This document shows positions 36,726 through 46,739 of a DNA stretch of 56,082 nt, piece by piece. Both the position numbers and the translations under genes were made by a program. The notes under the pieces are model-generated. The model was not told the DNA's origin and searched no databases. It was given only the letters and a program-made list of their open reading frames with translations. Numbering within the stretch: position 1 is the first letter of the stretch; each line of letters begins with the position of its first letter. Origin of the DNA: Ktedonobacteria bacterium (lineage in GTDB: Bacteria > Chloroflexota > Ktedonobacteria > Ktedonobacterales > JACDGC01); assembly GCA_027459705.1 (NCBI GenBank), contig DAIDHM010000072.1, positions 1 through 56,082 of the forward strand. The letters are read 5' to 3'.

Positions 36726-37952
36726 ATGGCACTCACGGCAAAGTTATCCAAACAATTCCGCAACGTAGCCCTGGGACTCACGACCCTTGCAGCCGTCTCC
36801 CTGGCCGCATGCGGCGGTACGAGCAGTGGCGCGGCGGCCGCGCCAGTCCCTGGTGTCACAGCCGACACCATCAACCTGGGCGTCGTGCTCGATACGACTG
36901 GCCCTATCAAAATCATCTGCGCTCCAATCCTGGCGGGCGACCAGCTCTATGTCGATCAGATCAACGCCGCGGGCGGGATCAATGGCCGTAAAGTGAAGCT
37001 GGATGTCTTAAGTGACAATGGCGATTCCACCAAGACCAAAGACATTGTCCGGCAGCTCTTCGAGCAAGATAATGATTTCGCACTTTTCCAGGTCTGTGGC
37101 TCGGGCAACGCTAACGTCGCCGAGAGCTACACTGTGCCGAAGGGTATTCCCTTTGTCGATCCAATCGGCGGAGGCGCCCAATTTACCGACGCGCAGGGCA
37201 ATGCGCTGCCCTGGGTCTGGATGACGCAACCGAACTATGGCGATGAAGGACATGTTATCGCCTACTACACGACGCAGACTTTGAAAGCAACGAAAGTCGC
37301 CCTGCTTTACGAAGATGATGTCCTGGGTTTGCAACAGAAGAAGACGCTCGGCGAAGGGTTGCAGAAGTACGGCGCTTCGTTGGTCGCGTCGGTCGGCTAT
37401 AAATTTACAGATACCGACTTCACGGCCGCCGTCGCGACGCTGAAAGCCGCAAATCCTGACCTCATCGTGCTCAATGGTCTCCCAATTCCAACCGCTACGT
37501 TTGTCAAAAGTGCTGAGTCGATTGGCTACCGCCCGCCGATGGGCTATCTGGCAAACTATCCCATGGCGGATAATTCGTGGCCTAAACTGTTGGGACCGGC
37601 CGCCGAAGGCATCTATGTCAGCGGCTATTCAGATGTCAACACTCCGGTGGGCAAGCAATACCTGGCGGCGACGAGTAGCGACCCAGTCTTCAGCGCTTAC
37701 AAATTCTATGGCTATATCAACACCAAGTTGATGATGGACGCGCTGCAGATGGCTGGCAAAAACTTGACGCGCGACAGTTTGCGGCAGACGTTGGATACCA
37801 AATTTAACAACTATGACACCGGCTTTGGACCATCGATCACATGGTCGCCAACCCAGCATGGTGGCATCAGCGATTTTGAGTTCCTGGTGGTCAAGAATGG
37901 GATCCTGACCAACGCGAGCAGCTTCATCCAGGCATCTTCGACCTGGCCGTGA
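36726..37952 (+). CDS. Branched-chain amino acid ABC transporter substrate-binding lipoprotein (LivJ/K type)
   Basis: Lipobox 'LAACGG'. Periplasmic binding protein type-I fold pattern. Divergent from the livHMGF operon. Confidence 0.85.
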   Translation: MALTAKLSKQFRNVALGLTTLAAVSLAACGGTSSGAAAAPVPGVTADTINLGVVLDTTGPIKIICAPILAGDQLYVDQINAAGGINGRKVKLDVLSDNGDSTKTKDIVRQLFEQDNDFALFQVCGSGNANVAESYTVPKGIPFVDPIGGGAQFTDAQGNALPWVWMTQPNYGDEGHVIAYYTTQTLKATKVALLYEDDVLGLQQKKTLGEGLQKYGASLVASVGYKFTDTDFTAAVATLKAANPDLIVLNGLPIPTATFVKSAESIGYRPPMGYLANYPMADNSWPKLLGPAAEGIYVSGYSDVNTPVGKQYLAATSSDPVFSAYKFYGYINTKLMMDALQMAGKNLTRDSLRQTLDTKFNNYDTGFGPSITWSPTQHGGISDFEFLVVKNGILTNASSFIQASSTWP

Positions 37953-38050
37953 AGCCAATAAAGTGACAACTGTGCCGCAAAGGGCGTCGGAGTTTTATCC
38001 GGCGCCCTTCGTCCAGCGCATGCGCCATTGTTCTTGCTGTTCGGACGCTA

Positions 38051-38314
38051 TCACGCATCAATAATGCGGCGTGGTGACTCACGCGGTGTAATCGGCCGCG
38101 GCGCGACATGCTGAGGCCGGACGACGATCTGGTGTCCGAGGTAGCGGATGCCCATATACGCGAACATCCCTAACGGCCCCAGAACAACCGCGCCGATCGC
38201 CAGCATCCGCACGATACCGCTCTGGAAGCGCGATTCGCGCAGGATTCCCAGGCCCAGCACGACCCAGACAACAATATAGAAAATGGTAAAAAGATCAACA
38301 AGATGAAATGGCAT
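38051..38314 (-). CDS. Small 2-TM protein resembling the PLD/cardiolipin-synthase N-terminal (PLDc_N) domain
   Basis: 'FYIVVWVVLGLGILRESRF...MLAIGAVVLGPLGMFAYMG' (W..L..R...P.lG...Y pattern). Start set at the internal Met. Confidence 0.4.
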   Translation of the reverse strand: MPFHLVDLFTIFYIVVWVVLGLGILRESRFQSGIVRMLAIGAVVLGPLGMFAYMGIRYLGHQIVVRPQHVAPRPITPRESPRRIIDA

Positions 38315-38405
38315 CGTCGCCTCGCTTTCGCGCGCGTAATTCTGGTGTAATCCTAGCACTCGCGTAAAGGCAACCGCAACAGGCAGACGGATGCTGCGCA
38401 ACCGG

Positions 38406-38768
38406 TCAGGGGGTGGTTAAAATATCCGGACATGCGCGCGCTGGCGTGAACCACGTGGGATGACCGTTGGGTTTGCTGGCAATCTTCTGGACACGATGCT
38501 TCGCCCATGCCAGCACTTCCAGGCCGAGAACATCGTCGCGCCAGACGGCATCGATCATCCAGAATGGCGTCTGCAACACCACCCAGGCGGCGATCCGGCC
38601 CGTATCGTCCTCCCACACCCCAATATCCTCCGGATAGTCGAGCGCCCAGGCAGACAGTCGGTAGGGAAGATCGACGAGATGCACCTGATCCTCCGGTCGT
38701 TCATGGGCGAGCGCGAGCATATGCCGAAGATCGGTCTCGCCCGCGAAGGGGCACATGGCAAATGACAT
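38406..38768 (-). CDS. Hypothetical 120-aa protein, possibly a gene fragment
   Basis: ORF only. No recognisable fold. It ends 4 nt before the next gene. Confidence 0.3.
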   Translation of the reverse strand: MSFAMCPFAGETDLRHMLALAHERPEDQVHLVDLPYRLSAWALDYPEDIGVWEDDTGRIAAWVVLQTPFWMIDAVWRDDVLGLEVLAWAKHRVQKIASKPNGHPTWFTPARACPDILTTP

Positions 38769-38940
38769 ACAGAATCTCCTGATCAGTTCAGTCTCCCTAC
38801 TGTTACCTTGTCTTCCAGAGCATATCTGGAAAAGACACGATCAGTAATTCAATTCACATAATGTGAACCGAATCCATATTTTAGACGAATGTGTAACAGA
38901 CCGCGGCCCCTCTCCGTCTTAAGGTAGGATAATACTTGAG

Positions 38941-40209
38941 TTGTACGTGCATTGGGGGACACGGACGATGGAGATTGCGACAGCAATTCGTTCATATGAT
39001 CTTGCGCAGGATGACTGGGAAGGGTTGCGGAGCTTGCCATGGGGAGTGCCTTTAGAGGAGTGGAATGATCCCGCGCATCAGGTGGATATCATCGACCAGC
39101 GTCGCGGCCTCTCGCGCCATCCGGTGATCTTCGTGCGCGTCAATGGCCGTAAATACGCCATCAAAGAGACCAGTCCCGAAGCTGCCAGTGAAGAGATCGC
39201 CAATTATCGCGAGATCATCCGCCGTGGATGTCCCGCATTGGTGCCAGTAGGCCATCTGGTCGTCATCGGCGAACCGCTAGCAGCCGGGACGATTGCGGGC
39301 TATACACAATATATCTCGGGTGATATGGGATACTGTGTTACGCGGTTGGCGACCCGTGTCCTGCCGCAGTCGCTGCTTTATCAATATCCCTTCACCGAGG
39401 AGAATAAGCGCAAATTGCTGGTGGCGATTGCGCGACTCCTCGTCACGCTGCACAATTCAGGAATCTTTTGGGGAGATCCCTCTCTGGCGAATGTGCTGGT
39501 GGACCTCAGTCGCCGCCGCTTATTGGCAGTCCTGGCTGATGCGGAGACCGTACAGATTCATGACGATCCACTCAGCCCAGCGATCCGCCAACATGACGTG
39601 GATTTCTTTATCGAGGCGATGCGTTGGCAGAGCGAGGATATTCGATTGGCGCGCGAATTGCCGGAGGAAGAAACCGTCATTACCGAAGATGACACGATCT
39701 TCTTTCAGGAAACCTATGACGCCCTGCTACGGATCGGGAGTCGTCCTACCCATGATATCGAAGAAGCGTTGAACCGACTGGGATCTGGCATGGTCGGGTT
39801 GGGCAGCGGCATGCTGGGTCTGGGTGCGTTGGCCTGGCGTGCCAGTGTCACAAGCCTTGAGATGACCAGGCGCCCTGGCTGGTATCGCGAGCAGTTGCGT
39901 GACCTGATGGGTATCTGGATTCCCCGACGCTACGCCCGGCGGCTGTATGATCTGGTATTGGGGCATAAATGGCTGATGAGTGAGGAAGCTGGCTATGATG
40001 TCGGGCTGGGCGATGCCGCCGCTGATTTCCGCGAAAGATACCACGACCCGCTCGTCGAATTATTGCGGGCCTATGCCCCCGACCGCCCAATTGACTACGC
40101 CGACTACCTGCACATTCTGCAACATATCTGGACATTGAGTCAGCGTGAGGGACGACCCATCCCAATCGAAGAGGGCGCGATCGACTACCTCCTGCCCCGC
40201 GACGGTTAA
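38941..40209 (+). CDS. Atypical protein-kinase-like fold protein (Kdo/RIO-like catalytic-loop motif; DUF4032-like)
   Basis: 'LHNSGIFWGDPSLANVLVD' resembles the HxxGxxHGDLxxxNxLV loop of Kdo/RIO-type kinases. An upstream 'KYAIKE' may supply the lysine. The remainder is unknown. Confidence 0.45.
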   Translation: MYVHWGTRTMEIATAIRSYDLAQDDWEGLRSLPWGVPLEEWNDPAHQVDIIDQRRGLSRHPVIFVRVNGRKYAIKETSPEAASEEIANYREIIRRGCPALVPVGHLVVIGEPLAAGTIAGYTQYISGDMGYCVTRLATRVLPQSLLYQYPFTEENKRKLLVAIARLLVTLHNSGIFWGDPSLANVLVDLSRRRLLAVLADAETVQIHDDPLSPAIRQHDVDFFIEAMRWQSEDIRLARELPEEETVITEDDTIFFQETYDALLRIGSRPTHDIEEALNRLGSGMVGLGSGMLGLGALAWRASVTSLEMTRRPGWYREQLRDLMGIWIPRRYARRLYDLVLGHKWLMSEEAGYDVGLGDAAADFRERYHDPLVELLRAYAPDRPIDYADYLHILQHIWTLSQREGRPIPIEEGAIDYLLPRDG

Positions 40210-40317
40210 AGGACGCCCGCACGTTTGTCATTCTTATGTGGCACGCGCTACGATACAGGTGGAAGCGCCAAATACACCATGGGCTTCACGCACGCGCAAG
40301 TTGAGGGTAATCATCGC

Positions 40318-41265
40318 ATGCAGTATCGTCGTCTCGGTAATGCGGGCTTGAAAGTCAGCACCATTGCCTTCGGTGGATGGATCAATTTCGGCTCTGATAC
40401 CATATCAGAACACATAGCGCGCCAGACCATCAGCGCCGCCTACGAGAGCGGTATCAACTATTTCGATCTGGCCGACATCTACGCAAATGGGCGTGCCGAA
40501 AAGCAGATGGGGCAGATCCTCTCGCAGTATCCACGTCATTCGCTGGTTATTGCTACCAAAGTCTTCTGGCCGATGTCGGATGAAGTGAACGATCGAGGCC
40601 TCTCGCGCAAACATATCATGGAATCCATCGCGAAAAGTCTCCGTCGACTGCAGACCGACTATGTTGACCTCTATTTCTGCCATCGACCTGATCCCAATAC
40701 ACCGTTGCTAGAAACAGCTCGCGCCATGGACGATCTGGTGCACCAGGGCAAAGTACTCTATTGGGGCACCTCCGAGTGGTCTGGCGCTCAGATCAGCGAG
40801 GTACTCGAACTCTGTGCGCGCTACAATTTGTATCCGCCACAGGTCGAACAGCCCAACTATTCGTTGCTCAATCGGCAGCGTGTCGAAACGGAGATCGTGC
40901 CGGTGACAGTGCCGGGTGGGATGGGTTTGGTCGTCTTCTCGCCATTAGCACAGGGCATGCTGACTGGGAAATATGATGATGGCATCCCGGATGATTCACG
41001 TTTCGCGCGCGAATCCTGGGCGAAAGAACGCTTCATGACCGAGGCCAATGTAGCGAAAGTGCGTCAACTTGCGCCAATTGCCGCTGAATTGGGTATCACT
41101 CGCGGGCAATTGGCATTAGCCTGGGCCTTAAGGCAACCAGGCATCAGCAGTGCGATCATCGGCGCAACCCGCCCCGAGCAGGTACGCGAGAATGTGATCG
41201 CCAGCGAGGTGACACTGAGCGATGAAGTTGCGGCCCAGATCCAGACGCTCGTAACCACTGAGTGA
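40318..41265 (+). CDS. Aldo/keto reductase (Kv-beta/YajO-like subfamily)
   Basis: 'MQYRRLGNAGLKVSTIAFGGW', 'NYFDLADIYANGRAE', 'LVIATKV', 'DLYFCHRPD', 'WGTSEWS'. Confidence 0.9.
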   Translation: MQYRRLGNAGLKVSTIAFGGWINFGSDTISEHIARQTISAAYESGINYFDLADIYANGRAEKQMGQILSQYPRHSLVIATKVFWPMSDEVNDRGLSRKHIMESIAKSLRRLQTDYVDLYFCHRPDPNTPLLETARAMDDLVHQGKVLYWGTSEWSGAQISEVLELCARYNLYPPQVEQPNYSLLNRQRVETEIVPVTVPGGMGLVVFSPLAQGMLTGKYDDGIPDDSRFARESWAKERFMTEANVAKVRQLAPIAAELGITRGQLALAWALRQPGISSAIIGATRPEQVRENVIASEVTLSDEVAAQIQTLVTTE

Positions 41266-41565
41266 TAATGACGTACCAGGCGAAGTAGGTTGGCCTTCTG
41301 GCACATGTGGGGTTCTGTTGTGCGAGGAGCGGACAAACACTGTTATCATTTCGTGATAGTGCGCTCTTGCGTTGAGGTTCTGTCCATGCTATGCTCGACG
41401 TATGTGCTCGTTCAGCGACGATAGGACCCCATTTGCTACGAACCTGCACTGGGCAACCCCGCTTCTGGCTGGTCGTGCGGCACCTCGATTGTGTGTGAGG
41501 CAACCGGGTAGTGTGCCCCCTGCGGAAGCAAGGCGCAGCCAACAACATCAAGGAGCACCGCTGGC

Positions 41566-42510
41566 ATGCACCAGGTGTTACGACTCGCGGATTACGATGA
41601 TACGCCGATGTATAATACGCGCGCCATCGTCAGGATGACGCAGGTGAAAGCGCCACGCTTGCGTGCCTGGGAGCGGCGTTACGCTGTCCTTACACCTCAC
41701 CGCCGGGATGACAATGCTTATCGGCTATACTCCGAACGTGATATCGCGATTGTGCGTTGGCTACGCGATCAGATCGAGGCGGGGATGACAGTGAGCCAGG
41801 CCATTGTCATGCTGCGCAGTGGCAAAGAGGAGAGTGTGGCGCGAGTTATGCCAGCACCGACGGCTCCGCAGAACGTGGCGCTCGGTGCCATGGCGCACGA
41901 ACTCTTTCAGGCTGCGTTGCAGGTTGATGAGGATAAGGCGCTACGCATATTGCGCGAAAGTCTTGCTGTGGCGCCGATCGAAACCGTTACGCCAGAGATC
42001 ATCATCCCAGCGCTCCACATGCTCGGTGAGGCCTGGGCTGGTCAACAGGATGTCATCATGCAGGAGCATTTCCTCTCGGCGATCATCCATGCGCAGATCG
42101 ACGCGATCTGGCACGCGACGAGCAACCCACCCGATGGGCCATTGACGCTGGTGGGGTGCGTCGAGGGTGAATTGCATGATCTCGGGTCGCTCATCCTGGC
42201 GCTTTTCTTACGGCGTGCCGGAGTCCGCGTTTCGTACTTTGGAGCAAATATTGATACCCCTTCGCTCGTGCGCCTGGTGAAGGTCATGCGACCAGCAGCT
42301 ATCTGTCTCTCTGTTACCCTTCCTGAACATATTCCCAATGCGATCTCTGCCTTCCAGCAGATTGTTCAGATCGGTGGTGTCCAGCTCTTTATCGGTGGGC
42401 AGGCGTCGTTGCCAGATTCGGACCAGGATATCGCCGCACGCGCCATCTACTTAGGTGCCGATAGTGGGCAGGCGGTGATGATGATAAAAAGGACGCTTGG
42501 ACGAATATGA
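41566..42510 (+). CDS. CarH/LitR-family light-responsive regulator (MerR HTH + cobalamin B12-binding domain)
   Basis: MerR HTH 'MYNTRAIVRMTQVKAPRLRAWERRY...YRLYSERDIAIVRWLRDQIEAGM'. C-terminal B12-binding 'EGELHDLG' (DxHxxG) with Rossmann-like 'ICLSVTL'. Confidence 0.8.
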   Translation: MHQVLRLADYDDTPMYNTRAIVRMTQVKAPRLRAWERRYAVLTPHRRDDNAYRLYSERDIAIVRWLRDQIEAGMTVSQAIVMLRSGKEESVARVMPAPTAPQNVALGAMAHELFQAALQVDEDKALRILRESLAVAPIETVTPEIIIPALHMLGEAWAGQQDVIMQEHFLSAIIHAQIDAIWHATSNPPDGPLTLVGCVEGELHDLGSLILALFLRRAGVRVSYFGANIDTPSLVRLVKVMRPAAICLSVTLPEHIPNAISAFQQIVQIGGVQLFIGGQASLPDSDQDIAARAIYLGADSGQAVMMIKRTLGRI

Positions 42511-43403
42511 CACTAGTAACGCCTTCCGCGGTCACACAGCAACCATCGGCAACCCCGCGGCCGACTTTCCCTGGTTGGGGTTACGCTGGTCTTGCTAGCA
42601 TCGCCGTGGGATGGGTCACCGCCTGGCTGCCCACTCATCCCCTCTCCGCGGTCTCATTCATTCTCTTATGGGGCGGCCTGATCTTTACCCTGGATGCCCT
42701 CAATGTCTACCGCAGTGGCACATCACTATTGCGCGCGCATGCTGCCAAATTCTGGCAACTCTTTGTCTTCTCGACGATCTTCTGGTGGATGTTCGAGGGA
42801 CTGAATGCGCGAGTCCAGAACTGGCATTATCTGACTGACCATCCCTTTGGACTCAGCTGGAATGGGTTGAGCTATAACATCATGGCGACGCTCTGTTTCA
42901 GCACCGTCCTTCCTGCGGTGATGGAGATGGCAGCGCTCTTCAGCACCTTCCGTCTCTTTGCCTCCAGCACAATTCCAGAGACGCGCGCCCCACGCCCATG
43001 GCTTATCGTGGAACTGCTGCTTGGGATCGTTACTCTCGCACTGCCGCTGGCGTTCCCGCAGTATTTCTTCGGATTGATCTGGGTCGGACCATTACTCATC
43101 CTGGATCCAATCAATGGTTTTCTGGGACGTCGCACCGTCATTGGACGATTATACGCGCGCGATTGGCGTTTCATGTTCCGTTTGCCTCTCGCGACGCTAG
43201 CGTGCGGTTTCTTCTGGGAGATGTGGAACTACTGGTCACTGCCCAAGTGGTACTACACGGTACCCTATGTTGGTTTCGCGAAGATCTTCGAGATGCCGTT
43301 GCTCGGATATAGTGGTTACCTGCCGTTTGGTTTGGAACTCTTCGCGTTGTATCAATTCTTGCTATGGGTGGTGCGGCAGCATCGCGATGCGCTGCCCTTT
43401 TGA
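42507..43403 (+). CDS. 8-TM integral membrane protein, unknown function; Trp/Phe-rich helices
   Basis: ATGA overlap with the CarH/LitR gene. Hydropathy. No motif recognised. Confidence 0.55.
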   Translation: MTLVTPSAVTQQPSATPRPTFPGWGYAGLASIAVGWVTAWLPTHPLSAVSFILLWGGLIFTLDALNVYRSGTSLLRAHAAKFWQLFVFSTIFWWMFEGLNARVQNWHYLTDHPFGLSWNGLSYNIMATLCFSTVLPAVMEMAALFSTFRLFASSTIPETRAPRPWLIVELLLGIVTLALPLAFPQYFFGLIWVGPLLILDPINGFLGRRTVIGRLYARDWRFMFRLPLATLACGFFWEMWNYWSLPKWYYTVPYVGFAKIFEMPLLGYSGYLPFGLELFALYQFLLWVVRQHRDALPF

Positions 43404-43471
43404 AGCGCGACACTCCTTGATACCAAATCGCGAACACCGCGGTTTGGTTGTGGCTGAGGGAGCACGCTACC

Positions 43472-43500
43472 TTGACAAACCGAATGTGGCGTGCTATCAT
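43472..43500 (+). promoter_or_regulatory. Sigma70-type promoter for tRNA-Phe: -35 TTGACA, 17-nt spacer, -10 TATCAT
   Basis: Consensus -35 with optimal spacing. The -10 ends 18 nt before the tRNA 5' end. Confidence 0.55.
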
Positions 43501-43518
43501 GATCCCGTCATTCGGCTT

Positions 43519-43591
<73 letters not shown>

Positions 43592-43823
43592 CCCCACATT
43601 TGCGCGCCAGACCAACCTCGTCCCCCTCCCCATCGCAAACATCAAAACAATGTGTAGCCGTGTGCGTGGTGTATAATCGCTTTCCTCCCATCTCATTCAA
43701 TCTCCACCAGTCAAGGTTGTGCACTCGACCTGTTGCTGTGCTAGGATACACATAACTCATGACCGCACCGCAAGGCGGACACCATGGGCTGCAACGAGTG
43801 CTGTTGGGAGGATACAAGACCGC

Positions 43824-45326
43824 ATGACCCCTGAACATGTTGATGTCCTGATTGTCGGGGCGGGAATCTCAGGCATTGCCGCTGCGTACTACATTCAGCA
43901 AATATTCACCGCGCAGCGGCACCTGAACCTCCGGACGTACGCCATCATCGAAGCACGCGATGCCATTGGGGGCACATGGGATTTATTCCACTATCCGGGG
44001 ATCCGGTCTGACTCTGATATGCACACACTGGGTTACGCGTTTTATCCCTGGCAAAATCCGAAAGCGATCGCTGATGGCCCGGCAATCTGCGCGTATGTAC
44101 GCGAAACCGCCGCGCACTTCAGCATCGATAGGCATATCCACTTCCATCACCGACTGCGTCGCGCCGCGTGGGACAGCGATAAAGCGCGCTGGGAGGTGAT
44201 CGTCGAGGTTGGGCCAGCGGCGACGCCGACCATAATCACCTGTGGTTTCCTCTACATGTGCACAGGCTACTATGACTATGACCAGGGCTATACGCCGCAA
44301 TGGCCGGGAGTCGAGCAATTTCAGGGAACCATCATCCACCCCCAACAATGGCCGGAGCAGCTAGACTACACTGGCAAACGCGTCGTGGTCATCGGCAGTG
44401 GCGCGACGGCGGTCACGATCGTCCCCGCGATGGCCGATCAGGCAGCACACGTGACCATGCTGCAGCGTTCACCAACGTACATCGTCTCACGCCCATCCGA
44501 AGATCGCTCCGCCAAATGGTTACAGAGTCACTTCCCAGCGTCCATCGCGCATGGTCTGACGCGGTGGAAGAACATCCTGTCGGGCATGTATACTTACGCT
44601 CTGGCGCGCAGCCGCCCGGCACTGGTGCGCACGGCGATTGTCAAGATGGTGCGCACCGAACTAGGCCCCACCTATGATGTCGCGAAAGATTTCTCTCCGA
44701 CCTATAACCCTTGGGACCAACGCGTCTGTCTGGTACCGGATTCGGATCTCTTTCAAGCGATGAAAGCTGGTAAGGCGTCGGTGGTCACCGATCAGATCGA
44801 GACCTTTACCGCGACTGGATTGCGTCTGGTGTCTGGCAAGGAGTTGCCAGCCGATATCATAATCACCGCGACCGGCCTCACGATGCGCCTTATGAGCGGA
44901 GTCGAATTGACTGTGGATGGTCGGCATGTTGATCTCGGTACATCGCTAACCTATAAAGGGCTCATGATCAGCGATGTACCGAATCTGGCGGCGAGTTTTG
45001 GCTATACCAACGCTTCGTGGACGTTAAAATGCGAACTGATCGCTCGTTATGTCGCCCGGTTGTTACGCTATATGGACCGCCATGGTTATGATGTATGTCT
45101 CCCCGCGCGTCCGGCCGGAGTGGTCGGCACACGGCCCGCGATCGACTTCACCTCGGGCTACGTGCAGCGCGCGGTAGCAACTTTGCCACGACAGGGTCAG
45201 AAGCGTCCCTGGCGGACCTATCAAAACTATGTCCGTGACCTGTTCATGATGCGCTATAACCGCGTAAGTGATGGGACGCTACGCTTCATGCGACGGCAAA
45301 ATTATCAGTCATCAACCATCCGCTAA
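43824..45326 (+). CDS. Flavin-containing monooxygenase (FMO/Baeyer-Villiger type, FAD/NADPH-dependent)
   Basis: FAD 'VLIVGAGISG', NADPH 'VVVIGSGATA', FMO-identifying 'FQGTIIHPQQW' (FxGxxxHxxxW). Start at ATG 43824, with 'GGGAGGA' upstream. Confidence 0.85.
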   Translation: MTPEHVDVLIVGAGISGIAAAYYIQQIFTAQRHLNLRTYAIIEARDAIGGTWDLFHYPGIRSDSDMHTLGYAFYPWQNPKAIADGPAICAYVRETAAHFSIDRHIHFHHRLRRAAWDSDKARWEVIVEVGPAATPTIITCGFLYMCTGYYDYDQGYTPQWPGVEQFQGTIIHPQQWPEQLDYTGKRVVVIGSGATAVTIVPAMADQAAHVTMLQRSPTYIVSRPSEDRSAKWLQSHFPASIAHGLTRWKNILSGMYTYALARSRPALVRTAIVKMVRTELGPTYDVAKDFSPTYNPWDQRVCLVPDSDLFQAMKAGKASVVTDQIETFTATGLRLVSGKELPADIIITATGLTMRLMSGVELTVDGRHVDLGTSLTYKGLMISDVPNLAASFGYTNASWTLKCELIARYVARLLRYMDRHGYDVCLPARPAGVVGTRPAIDFTSGYVQRAVATLPRQGQKRPWRTYQNYVRDLFMMRYNRVSDGTLRFMRRQNYQSSTIR

Positions 45327-45436
45327 TTCAGCAATTGCAACATACTGTACTGTAGATATCGCTACGATGCACTTTGTTACGGCGCAGCGCAGCACTGAAA
45401 CATTCAGTGGGTGAGAGGGCAAAGGATGAAATTAGG

Positions 45437-46606
45437 ATGCGATTACTATTAGACGATTCAACCGAACCAGTCATCTACACGATTCAGGATGGGGCCATCT
45501 ATGCTCTGGACGCTCAAACAGGCGAATTACACTGGTCTGGTGATCGTGTAGGGTGGGACGCGTTGGTCGGATGCGCCAGCGCATCCATTGTCGTCCGACA
45601 ATCCTTTCAGTATCTGGCGGGCCTTGCAGCCGCAGATGGTACTGTGTTGTGGTCTGTCGAGGGCAACGCCGGCTATCAGATGGATGTGACGTCAGATGAT
45701 GTAGTGCTGGCACGTGGGGGATCGTATCAACAGCAGGGTTATATGGAAGCATTCGATGCACAGAATGGTACCCTGCTCTGGCGGCACGTATGGCCCAGCA
45801 CGCCTTTTGATGAAGCTCGTGACCAGGATGAAGATCGTCCAGTCTGGCATGGAGACACCTGTTACTATGTGGAACATGGGGATACGCTCGTTGCGATCGT
45901 TACAAGAACAGGAGAGGTGCGCTGGCGCTACCACCATCCCGCCGCGTTCACTGTTGACCCAGCAGTTGATGACGACTTCGTTATTATTGGAACAGCGGAC
46001 GAGTTCGTCCTTGCTTTTGCTGCGATAAATGGAGAGCTAACATGGCGATTCCCGATGGGTTTCGCTCATCCACCGACCACGCGTCCCCGTATCGGTTCGG
46101 GTCGCGTTCTGGTGGGTGCGGAACGCGTCGTGGTTGCTTTGGACGCACAAACCGGTCAGAGTCTCTGGCATGTGATCCCCGGAAAAGATCTGGATACGGA
46201 TGAACCTGTGTTTAACACCTTGAACGAATTTTTGGAGATCACCCCCGACCTTAGCTATATCGCATACCTGGCTTTTTCGGGCGACCCACATAGTGGAGGC
46301 GATCCTGATCTGTATTGTGAGGTCAGCGCATATGATGCAGTTGGACAACGCATCTGGCGCCATGTCAGCAGTCAGATCCTGTTCATGGGCAGAAGTCATG
46401 ATCGGTGCTATCTGTGGTTTGCGGAATATGATCGGGGTGAGGTGTGGGCCCTGTCGCCGACAGGACAGATCATCCAGACTGTACGATTACCTAGTTCTGC
46501 GTCTGTCTTAGTGTCGGAATCTGCTCTATTCGTGGCGTCAAGCGGGAACCTCATCGCTTATTCCTCGGATTTAACGGCACCATTGTGGCACACGCCAATC
46601 AGATAG
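45437..46606 (+). CDS. PQQ-like beta-propeller repeat protein
   Basis: Repeated 'AxDAxTGxxLW' units ('ALDAQTGELHW', 'AFDAQNGTLLW', 'ALDAQTGQSLW'). No signal peptide seen. Confidence 0.7.
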   Translation: MRLLLDDSTEPVIYTIQDGAIYALDAQTGELHWSGDRVGWDALVGCASASIVVRQSFQYLAGLAAADGTVLWSVEGNAGYQMDVTSDDVVLARGGSYQQQGYMEAFDAQNGTLLWRHVWPSTPFDEARDQDEDRPVWHGDTCYYVEHGDTLVAIVTRTGEVRWRYHHPAAFTVDPAVDDDFVIIGTADEFVLAFAAINGELTWRFPMGFAHPPTTRPRIGSGRVLVGAERVVVALDAQTGQSLWHVIPGKDLDTDEPVFNTLNEFLEITPDLSYIAYLAFSGDPHSGGDPDLYCEVSAYDAVGQRIWRHVSSQILFMGRSHDRCYLWFAEYDRGEVWALSPTGQIIQTVRLPSSASVLVSESALFVASSGNLIAYSSDLTAPLWHTPIR

Positions 46607-46672
46607 AAATTAAGGCTCTAGCCGCGCAAACCGCCATCCCATGAGGGTGAGCACCCAGGGCCTTTAGCCCTG

Positions 46673-46739
46673 GCATTAGCTGTCGAGACAGAAGGCTATT
46701 CGGCGTCAGAAGTTGCTGCCATCTGCAACGCGGCTGCTT
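46673..46739 (+). repeat. Direct repeat copy 1: 67-bp truncated duplicate of the 3' coding end of the downstream AAA+ gene
   Basis: 65/67 identical to 49705-49771. Translates to 'ALAVETEGYSASEVAAICNAAA*', against 'ALAVETEGYSAAEVAAICNAAAFRAA...' in the intact gene. Confidence 0.85.

Noticed and set aside
41440-41565. Possible cobalamin riboswitch upstream of the CarH/LitR gene (contains 'GCGGAAGCAAGG')
   Set aside because: There is only a vague resemblance to the B12-box. I could not trace the conserved stems. It would need an Rfam covariance-model scan (RF00174) to test.
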